Shown: piece after piece, positions 18,312-25,348 of the stretch
How the letters are laid out: every line of letters begins with the position of its first letter
Position numbering within the stretch: the stretch's first letter is position 1
Program-made: the position numbers and the translations under genes
Notes under the pieces: model-generated
The model's input: only the letters and a program-made list of their open reading frames with translations
The model's database searches: none
What the model was told of the DNA's origin: nothing
IMG/VR virus record: IMGVR_UViG_3300025018_000391
Coordinates: 1 to 31,491 of that record
Strand: one strand, 5' to 3'
DNA from: a virus
Taxonomy: Duplodnaviria; Caudoviricetes
Length of the DNA stretch: 31,491 bases

Positions 18312-19535
18312 CTATTGTACATCTCTAAGAAATGAAAATGATCGTGGTCGATCAGTCGCAAGATCCTGGTAAATGTACATGACAGCTTCATACGCATCTG
18401 ATCCAGATACGCGAGATAAGATTGCTCCATCCTTATCCATCCAGTTAAAGTCTGCCATTTGCATCAAGTACAGGTGTTCCATATCCATGAAAAACACCGT
18501 ATTTGGCTGCATATCAACATCCGCTACCCAAGGCATTCCAGAATAGTCCAGAGCTTTAAATCCTCCATCAAGATCAAGAGTATTTATAAAACGCTTATCT
18601 GCAACAACAAGTGCTGCATAGGCATCTCGCATATCGTGATCCGAAAGAATTAAGCTTACTTTGCCACCATTCTTCTCTACTGCCGTAATTGACGCCTGAA
18701 TGAGAGTAAGAGTCATATCTCTGTTAGTCCCACTATTGTCGTCATTGGTGTGAGTAGAACACTTCCACCAAGCATAGGTACTTCTTGAGAGATTATGAAG
18801 AGTCGTGACGTAGGTCGCATCGTCTATAATGCCTTTCAAGCCCATCATTTCGTATGATGGATTTGCAGCAAGAGACCCTCCGCCAAGTGCACGAGCCCCA
18901 GATCTCACAACCCAGTCATTATCTGCTACATCAGCATTTGCCGCCGCAGAGATGGTTACTTCAGTTGAGGAATCTACTGTGCTTACCGTAAGTTCAGTAC
19001 CAGAGGTTGTTACATCTCCAGTTGCAGGATCTAATATATCAATAAGCATCCCGTCAGAGAAGTAATTAGTGCCAGGGGCATCAAGGGTGAGTGTCGTTCC
19101 TGTACTAGGGTCACCATTTATGAGTGCCCTTACAGCCGTTCCGTCATTCATGAGCTGATAATTCAGATCTTTTTCAAGATCAGTCGTTGCCCCTTTAATC
19201 TCAGCATCAAGCGCGCGGACGATTGCTCCCTTATCATTTTTAGAAGCTTCAATTGTCGGGCCTGATACCTGAATACGAGCACGGTTGTATTTCACAACTC
19301 CATACGGATTTTCATACTGTTGGTTGCCTGCTGTTGGAAGCCCAGTTTCCGAACCTGCTCCAATCCCACTATTTCTTTTAAAGTGTGCCGTGAGCTGCCA
19401 CTGTTTACCGACAACATCTCTTTGATTTTTTTGAGTTTTCTTCAAAAGGATGGTGTTGTTGTTGAGTTGCTGTCTGACTACAGGAAGGTAATCAATACGC
19501 AGCGCCTCATCAAAGTTTGTTAAATTCTGTGCCAT
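18312..19535 (-). CDS. Major capsid protein (HK97 fold)
   Basis: 407 aa after portal and scaffold. LDAEIKGATTDLEKDLNYQLMNDG, MMGLKGII, GGFKALDYSGMPWVAD patterns. Confidence 0.88.
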   Translation of the reverse strand: MAQNLTNFDEALRIDYLPVVRQQLNNNTILLKKTQKNQRDVVGKQWQLTAHFKRNSGIGAGSETGLPTAGNQQYENPYGVVKYNRARIQVSGPTIEASKNDKGAIVRALDAEIKGATTDLEKDLNYQLMNDGTAVRALINGDPSTGTTLTLDAPGTNYFSDGMLIDILDPATGDVTTSGTELTVSTVDSSTEVTISAAANADVADNDWVVRSGARALGGGSLAANPSYEMMGLKGIIDDATYVTTLHNLSRSTYAWWKCSTHTNDDNSGTNRDMTLTLIQASITAVEKNGGKVSLILSDHDMRDAYAALVVADKRFINTLDLDGGFKALDYSGMPWVADVDMQPNTVFFMDMEHLYLMQMADFNWMDKDGAILSRVSGSDAYEAVMYIYQDLATDRPRSFSFLRDVQ

Positions 19536-19588
19536 GAAAATAAATTAAATAATAATGTAAGAGTATAAGGAGATACAAAAGAAGTTTG

Positions 19589-20368
19589 TTAGAACCTGCT
19601 TGCAGCACGTGTTGCAGCTTCAGCCCACGTTTTAGGAGTTTTTCCGTCTGGCTTACGTTCACCGTCAGATGTACCCGTGTCCTCCGTGTCGTTTCCGCCA
19701 CGTTGTTTTTTCAGAGCTTCCTTTATCATATTATCGGAAAACTCCTTATCGTACATCTGTCTAAATTTTATTTCAGGATCAAATATTTTATTACTTGGAT
19801 CCTTCATCGCATTAAGAACTCTATTGCGATCAAACTTAGGTAAACCATTTCCTCCTTTAAATTGTCCCTCTAATCTTTTTAGGTCTGACTCAAACGCTTC
19901 ATCTTGCTTTGCTTGAGTAGACTTTTGCTCTCTTTCATCGAAAGAGGCTTTGATTAAAGGTGAAACAATAGCTGCAATTGCCGCCTTAACATCAGGCGCA
20001 ACATTCTTCAAATACTCGTTTTTATCAATTTGATCACGAGCCTCTGTATCAGCATCACCTCTTTTTGCTTCCTGAGCTTTTTCAAACTCTGAAAGCTTTT
20101 GAGACTTTCGGGTATAGTCAGGATAAAAATTCTCTTTCCATTCCTTAGACAACGTTTTGCCATCCACCTTACGTCCGTCTGGAAGATCATAGAGCTCCTG
20201 TTCCCCATCTTGGTTTCCTTCGTTTGACTCCTTGTTGTCCTGATCTCCCTGATTGTCCTCTACTTTCGCATCGGATTCAGTTCCTTCAGAACCATTTGGT
20301 TGGTCAACCTCTGGTTTTTCTTCTTTATCCATAATAATTTGACTGCCTTTATAACAAGGCTTGGTCAT
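19589..20368 (-). CDS. Capsid scaffolding protein (alternative start at 20332)
   Basis: Acidic N-terminus, DYTRKSQKLSE motif, coiled coil, C-terminal PKTWAEA; lies between portal and capsid. Confidence 0.8.
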   Translation of the reverse strand: MTKPCYKGSQIIMDKEEKPEVDQPNGSEGTESDAKVEDNQGDQDNKESNEGNQDGEQELYDLPDGRKVDGKTLSKEWKENFYPDYTRKSQKLSEFEKAQEAKRGDADTEARDQIDKNEYLKNVAPDVKAAIAAIVSPLIKASFDEREQKSTQAKQDEAFESDLKRLEGQFKGGNGLPKFDRNRVLNAMKDPSNKIFDPEIKFRQMYDKEFSDNMIKEALKKQRGGNDTEDTGTSDGERKPDGKTPKTWAEAATRAASRF

Positions 20369-20398
20369 TCCCCTTATTATAACATATTTTTACTTTTG

Positions 20399-20503
20399 TC
20401 AATGCTTCATCATTCTTTTCTTTTTCATCATCATTTTAGCTTTCTTTGCGGCGGCTTTTCCTTTTTTTGTATATTTGTAGTGCTTACCATTAACTATGGG
20501 CAT
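20399..20503 (-). CDS. Tiny Lys/Met-rich basic peptide (34 aa)
   Basis: Hand translation MPIVNGKHYKYTKKGKAAAKKAKMMMKKKRMMKH fills the portal-scaffold gap. Confidence 0.7.
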   Translation of the reverse strand: MPIVNGKHYKYTKKGKAAAKKAKMMMKKKRMMKH

Positions 20504-20522
20504 AATAGAAAATAATTTATAA

Positions 20523-22469
20523 TTACATCATAGCTTGTTCTTGACCCCCAACACCCTGTTCTTGTAATTCTCCTTGAATATGTGCTTCAAATATTTGTTG
20601 TGTTTGAGGATTGGTGCGCTGCGTATAAAATGACGAGCTTGTAAAATCAATATGCCCCTGTGTATGATCTGGTGTTGCTCCTGCTGTCGGGTTTAGTGGT
20701 TCACCATTCATCATCCGCATATTTTCCTGATCAGAAAGATCTTTCATCGGATCTTCGGCGGCTTGCCCACCCTGCCCTTGCCCTTGTCCCTGATTGCGAC
20801 CTGCAATTTCAGCTTCAATTTTTGCTTTTTCTAGTCTCTCATCCCGTGCTTTTTTAGATAGTTCTTCAATATTTGGAAATTCAAGCTGTCGTAATACTTC
20901 CTCACCAGGAAGGACTCCAAGCTCAACCAACCCCTTTAAGTTATCAATTTGTGCTTCTTTTGTATGACCAAGCCAAGATCCGATAGTTACAATAAGCTCA
21001 TTTTCTTTCTTTATAACAAGAGCCTTTTCTTGTTTTGCCTCATCTGGCGCCCCTTCTCCAATAATACGAAGATGTGCCTGTTTTTGACCTGATTCATCTG
21101 TTTCAGGATCTGCAATTTCTGTAATTCTTGAGGTTACGTATTTTTCAGCAACAATCTCCAAAATTCGTTCACCAATAACAGTCAAAAATGTCTCTAAAGA
21201 TAGCCTTATACCCGCTAAATTATTAGAATCTGCGGCTTGTAAAGATTCAAGTGTCTTTCCACTCCGAGCGCCCGCTGGCATACGACCAAGTGCCGCCTCA
21301 TGTGCGCCCCCTATGTCTTCTATATATACATTTATTTCGTTATCTAGACTGTCTATGGCAGATGGAAGTGGCCGCATCCCCCATTGTTCAAACTTGCGAC
21401 CCGCATTTATCTCTAAAAATTCTCCCTGCTCATTGCTTATACTATTTACTCCGTGTCCCTTTTCCGCGATTATGCGAAATACAAGAGCCTGATTTACATA
21501 CATTATTTTTTGAGATACCGTTCGATTGAGAGCTTTATTAAGAGGAACAATATCTGAAGTCCACGCTCTATGATATATTTTTTTAGGGTCTTGTGGTATT
21601 TGTAAACAATAAATTGGGTATTCCTTATCCTTCATCTCCTTATCCCGTAGAACTTGATCTCCCGCATAAGTAAAAAGCTGTATATGTCCACCTTTTTCGT
21701 TTCCCTCATAATCCCAAAGCATAAATTCCTTAACCATTGCTTCTTTTTCAGAATCATTTGTTGTTCCTGTTTCTCGCTCAATAATCCTCGTTTTCATAGT
21801 AGAGACAGCCGTTTCCTTGTCAGATTGCACTAGCTTTCTGGTCTTTTCGTTATATCTTTTGTCATTTTTAATCTCATCCAATGACTTCCGTATCGTTTTT
21901 GCCATAAATCCACCCTTTACTCGTCCATTATAAATGGTTGCATTTTTATCAACCCAGACATCAAATGTATCATGAAGTTTTACTTTTACTTGCCCCAATC
22001 CCTTTTCTGCATCAGAATCCCAATCAAGCTCAACCCATCCAACAGAAGTATTTAACCCAGATTCAGTCACCCCCTGTACCATAACCTCAAGATGAAGTTT
22101 TCTGAAAATATAATCAAGTACTTTTCCCGTACGCCTTGCATCTTTTACCGTATCTTCATCCTCATCTCCTGGTATGATGTCCCATTTTGGTCTGAACCGA
22201 GTTGAATAGTTTTGAACCGCACGGATCATTGACTTGACCTTGTTTACAATCATCCGCACTTCACCTCGTTTCCGTGGCAATTTCTCTAGTGTATTTGTTA
22301 CTTTATTGTAGTAAACGTAGTGATCCCCCTCCATAAACCTCTGATTCATATACCACTCAAAGTCTCGCTTTTCCCGTGCAGTTTTTGTTGAAGTAAGAAG
22401 TTTCTCGCAGTGTGCGATTTTTTCTGCAGCCTCAAGTTTTTCCCAATTTGTATCGTTTATTATAATCAT
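20523..22469 (-). CDS. Portal protein (P22-like)
   Basis: 648 aa downstream of TerL. VNKVKSMI, DIVPLNKALNR, ALGRMPAGARSGKTLESLQ, Q-rich C-terminal tail. Confidence 0.88.
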   Translation of the reverse strand: MIIINDTNWEKLEAAEKIAHCEKLLTSTKTAREKRDFEWYMNQRFMEGDHYVYYNKVTNTLEKLPRKRGEVRMIVNKVKSMIRAVQNYSTRFRPKWDIIPGDEDEDTVKDARRTGKVLDYIFRKLHLEVMVQGVTESGLNTSVGWVELDWDSDAEKGLGQVKVKLHDTFDVWVDKNATIYNGRVKGGFMAKTIRKSLDEIKNDKRYNEKTRKLVQSDKETAVSTMKTRIIERETGTTNDSEKEAMVKEFMLWDYEGNEKGGHIQLFTYAGDQVLRDKEMKDKEYPIYCLQIPQDPKKIYHRAWTSDIVPLNKALNRTVSQKIMYVNQALVFRIIAEKGHGVNSISNEQGEFLEINAGRKFEQWGMRPLPSAIDSLDNEINVYIEDIGGAHEAALGRMPAGARSGKTLESLQAADSNNLAGIRLSLETFLTVIGERILEIVAEKYVTSRITEIADPETDESGQKQAHLRIIGEGAPDEAKQEKALVIKKENELIVTIGSWLGHTKEAQIDNLKGLVELGVLPGEEVLRQLEFPNIEELSKKARDERLEKAKIEAEIAGRNQGQGQGQGGQAAEDPMKDLSDQENMRMMNGEPLNPTAGATPDHTQGHIDFTSSSFYTQRTNPQTQQIFEAHIQGELQEQGVGGQEQAMM

Positions 22470-22702
22470 GTGTTGTCTTTAGCTTTTAATAATGTATCAA
22501 TAGAAACGTCCTCAACTTCTTCATAAGGACTATCTTCTTGTTTAGTATCTTTTGGAGGTTTTTCAACAATATCTTTATATTCCTTGACATCACGCACCAT
22601 GAGTTTAAGCTGTAGTTTTTCACGCTCTATTCTTGTCATGTAATCATAATACACAAGAAACCCAATAAGAAGAATAATTATTACTAAAAGAATGATCTCC
22701 AT
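22466..22702 (-). CDS. Small membrane-anchored protein
   Basis: N-terminal hydrophobic helix IILLVIIILLIGFLVYY followed by a charged tail. Confidence 0.7.
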   Translation of the reverse strand: MEIILLVIIILLIGFLVYYDYMTRIEREKLQLKLMVRDVKEYKDIVEKPPKDTKQEDSPYEEVEDVSIDTLLKAKDNT

Positions 22703-22726
22703 ATAGATAATTATATCAAACTTCCA

Positions 22727-24229
22727 TTAGTAAAATTCTCCAAGTTCAGGATCAACCATCTCAAACTCAAACGGTTTTATAATTCCTGCTGTTTTGTCCT
22801 CAAAATAACTTCCTGTGCTCGTCTTTACTGCATCTTTGCGGTCTGGAGCAAAACCAATAGTTTCAATATCAGTCAAAGGATCTATAATATCATCATGCTT
22901 TGCTTTTGGAAAACGTAAAATCTCATCTTTAAGATCAACCATATCTTCTTTTATAAATATCTTTCCCCGCTCAAATCTAGGCTGTAATACCGACCTAATT
23001 CTGATTTGTTTTGTATATTCATTTCGTACTTTAATCTCAAATAAATTCAAATACTCATTTCTTCGCTCTTCCTCATTATGAATAGGATCAAGAAGTCCTT
23101 GCGCCTGACTGACAAGTTCGATACTTGTTGTTATGGGATTCCACTCGTGTTTGACATCAAACAAGCGATTTATAAAATCATTTGTCAGTAATTTTTCCCT
23201 ATAGTATTTCAAAATGTACCAATTATTCTCCCAATCTATACCAACAACGGTGATTGTTGAAAAATCAGAATCCGCACCCTGAGACATTGCAGGATCCGAA
23301 ACTGCAAACACGTTTAAAACTCCTGGAGGCTTCACATAATATCTGAGGTGAGATTCTTTGATTATTGCTTTGTCATCATCTATCGGATCATTCAGATAAA
23401 ATGCGGAAAAGGAATAACTCCCGTGAAGCATTTTGAGTTCCTCAACCTTTGCATCATCAAACCTTTCGGGAAAGTACATTGACCCATCTTCGTTATAAAT
23501 CGATTTTATAAACATATCCACCTCATTTTTGAGTTGTGGATGATCTTGGATATACGAATACAGCTCATAATAGCTCCACCTCGTTCCCAGAATAAGCATT
23601 TCCCCATCGGGGTTCAAAAGTGAGTGCGATTTTTTCCACCAGTCAATGACTTTATTTGCCTGAAGTTTTGTTGAAGAATTTTCAAGATTGACCAAATCAT
23701 CATTTATTATCTTGTCATAATGCTGAGAAACAAGATTTCCCCCAACTCCAATCGCAGTTACCGTTGGCGTTTGCGAATTGATAGTACGACCACCAACAAT
23801 TATTTCATCTTCATTCCACTTGAGCTTTGGATCATAAAAAGGAGTTTTCCCCTCATAAAGAAGCTGATATGTTTTGTTCTTTCTCAAATGTTCTTTAATT
23901 TCTGAAAGAAAGTTTTGTGCATTTTTGAGAGTAGCATTTGAAATTAAGATTTTTGAATTTCTGTCTGCCGCAATTTCCTGAAGAGTCTGACCAACCGTAA
24001 AAAATGTTGTTTTAAAGCAGTTTCTTGGAACAAGAATCATCTTGATACGCTTTTTTGAGTTTTTGTGCCAATCCGACCACTCACGATGTACATGAGGAAC
24101 TAAATATTTTCTTCTTTCCTTATCCCCTTCAAGAACATACTTGTTGAAAAAATAAAGATTTTCGAGTCCCTTATCACGTTTTTTCCCAAGAAGCTCTATA
24201 TATTTTCGCTTCATCTCTTCTGGAGTCAT
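22727..24229 (-). CDS. terL: Terminase large subunit
   Basis: Walker A variant PRNCFKTT, Walker B KIINDDL, LGTRW coupling motif, nuclease SDPA...DFS...HDDIIDPL. Start at 24229 is supported by TATAAT-N6-ATG. Confidence 0.93.
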   Translation of the reverse strand: MTPEEMKRKYIELLGKKRDKGLENLYFFNKYVLEGDKERRKYLVPHVHREWSDWHKNSKKRIKMILVPRNCFKTTFFTVGQTLQEIAADRNSKILISNATLKNAQNFLSEIKEHLRKNKTYQLLYEGKTPFYDPKLKWNEDEIIVGGRTINSQTPTVTAIGVGGNLVSQHYDKIINDDLVNLENSSTKLQANKVIDWWKKSHSLLNPDGEMLILGTRWSYYELYSYIQDHPQLKNEVDMFIKSIYNEDGSMYFPERFDDAKVEELKMLHGSYSFSAFYLNDPIDDDKAIIKESHLRYYVKPPGVLNVFAVSDPAMSQGADSDFSTITVVGIDWENNWYILKYYREKLLTNDFINRLFDVKHEWNPITTSIELVSQAQGLLDPIHNEEERRNEYLNLFEIKVRNEYTKQIRIRSVLQPRFERGKIFIKEDMVDLKDEILRFPKAKHDDIIDPLTDIETIGFAPDRKDAVKTSTGSYFEDKTAGIIKPFEFEMVDPELGEFY

Positions 24230-24236
24230 GAGATTA

Positions 24237-24614
24237 TTATACTGCAATTCCTTCTTCTGGAACTCCCTCTACTTTTGAATTTTCTATTAAAGCCGTTATA
24301 AGATCTTTTTTCTTCATAGAAAGCTTAAAAATCCCCTTTTCAACAGCTATACGTCGAAGTTCAAGCCAACTCATTTCAGAAAATGCCTTAGTCTTTTCTC
24401 GTTTATCTATTTCTTGAATCTTCTCGTCCTCTTTCTTACTGTCTTCGCCCTTATATTCTTCAAGAGGAGAATTTTGATGAGTCAAGATTTGATACGCTTC
24501 AAAGCCATTCAATAACTTCTTCTCCTGTGGCTGAAAGATAAAATGTTCATTGCCGGAAACAACTTCGACAACATGACCTGTTGGATTCCAGACTTCTTTT
24601 GGTTGATATTGCAT
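24237..24614 (-). CDS. Hypothetical protein with C-terminal Rho-N/HeH-like helical motif
   Basis: FSEMSWLELRRIAVEKGI...MKKKDLITAL. Confidence 0.6.
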   Translation of the reverse strand: MQYQPKEVWNPTGHVVEVVSGNEHFIFQPQEKKLLNGFEAYQILTHQNSPLEEYKGEDSKKEDEKIQEIDKREKTKAFSEMSWLELRRIAVEKGIFKLSMKKKDLITALIENSKVEGVPEEGIAV

Positions 24615-24702
24615 AAAAATATAAAATTTATAATTTTTTAAAGCCCTCGTATTTTGACATTTAAGACCATTCTCATTTTAAAGTAAAGGAATGATACCTT
24701 TT

Positions 24703-24927
24703 TTACCTTGACCCCTCTAGTTTGACAGATTTTACCCCAGACTTAGGGGTTCTAATCTTAGGTAATACACCCCTTTTTTCCATTATATCGAAATATTCTT
24801 TAGAAATGACATAAAATGCAATCTCTCCTGTTCTAAAATTTTTCACAAGGAGAGGCAAACTTTTAAGATAGTTCCACATCTTCGCATTAAATTCTCGCAT
24901 GGAAATGATTTTAATTTCAGATTTCAT
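24703..24927 (-). CDS. Small protein with Phd/YefM-antitoxin-like N-terminus
   Basis: IKIISMREFNAKM..YLKSLPLLVKN...AFYVISKEYF pattern. Confidence 0.5.
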   Translation of the reverse strand: MKSEIKIISMREFNAKMWNYLKSLPLLVKNFRTGEIAFYVISKEYFDIMEKRGVLPKIRTPKSGVKSVKLEGSR

Positions 24928-25091
24928 AGTTCATATAAATTAGGATTATAAGGCCCTTCACCCTCAAACGGAGCCCATTCTGGAAATTCTTTTTTACATC
25001 TGGGACAGATATACCAAGATGTAGAACCATGAGGGCATCTCTTACCTTCTAAAAATAGTTTTTTTATAATTCGTTTTAAAATATTTGTCAT
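24924..25091 (-). CDS. Small Zn-binding hypothetical protein (start at 25091 or 25118)
   Basis: CPH...CPRC. A TTGACA-17-TAAAAT promoter lies just upstream of ATG 25091. Confidence 0.55.
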   Translation of the reverse strand: MTNILKRIIKKLFLEGKRCPHGSTSWYICPRCKKEFPEWAPFEGEGPYNPNLYEL

Positions 25092-25099
25092 GAAACCCA

Positions 25100-25128
25100 A
25101 TTTTATATCAAATATCATGTCATGTCAA
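25100..25128 (-). promoter_or_regulatory. Sigma70-type promoter
   Basis: TTGACA-tgacatgatatttgata(17)-TAAAAT. Confidence 0.6.
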
Positions 25129-25348
25129 ATTGTTTTAATTCTTCCTTCAAATCATTGGCTTTTTGGATTATTTTGTTGCGCTTTTCCACATCCTCGGTTC
25201 CTTTGTAGTCCATGCGTAAAAAGACTAATTGCTCGTTTATTTTGTGAATTTTTCGGGCTTTGTACTTCTCGTAAATAATAGGGGCTTTCTCTTTAAGCTC
25301 TGCAAGGAGGTTTGAGCGGTTGTTGAGTGAAAATAGGGTGTCTGTCAT
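25115..25348 (-). CDS. Hypothetical helical protein
   Basis: 77 aa, overlapping the methyltransferase stop. Confidence 0.6.
   Translation of the reverse strand: MTDTLFSLNNRSNLLAELKEKAPIIYEKYKARKIHKINEQLVFLRMDYKGTEDVEKRNKIIQKANDLKEELKQFDMT

Noticed and set aside
18236-18430. Capsid read-through or frameshift extension into the fiber gene
   Set aside because: Further in-frame stops follow the capsid TAG, no slippery site was noted, and the 64-aa bridging ORF ends at the fiber start in a different frame.
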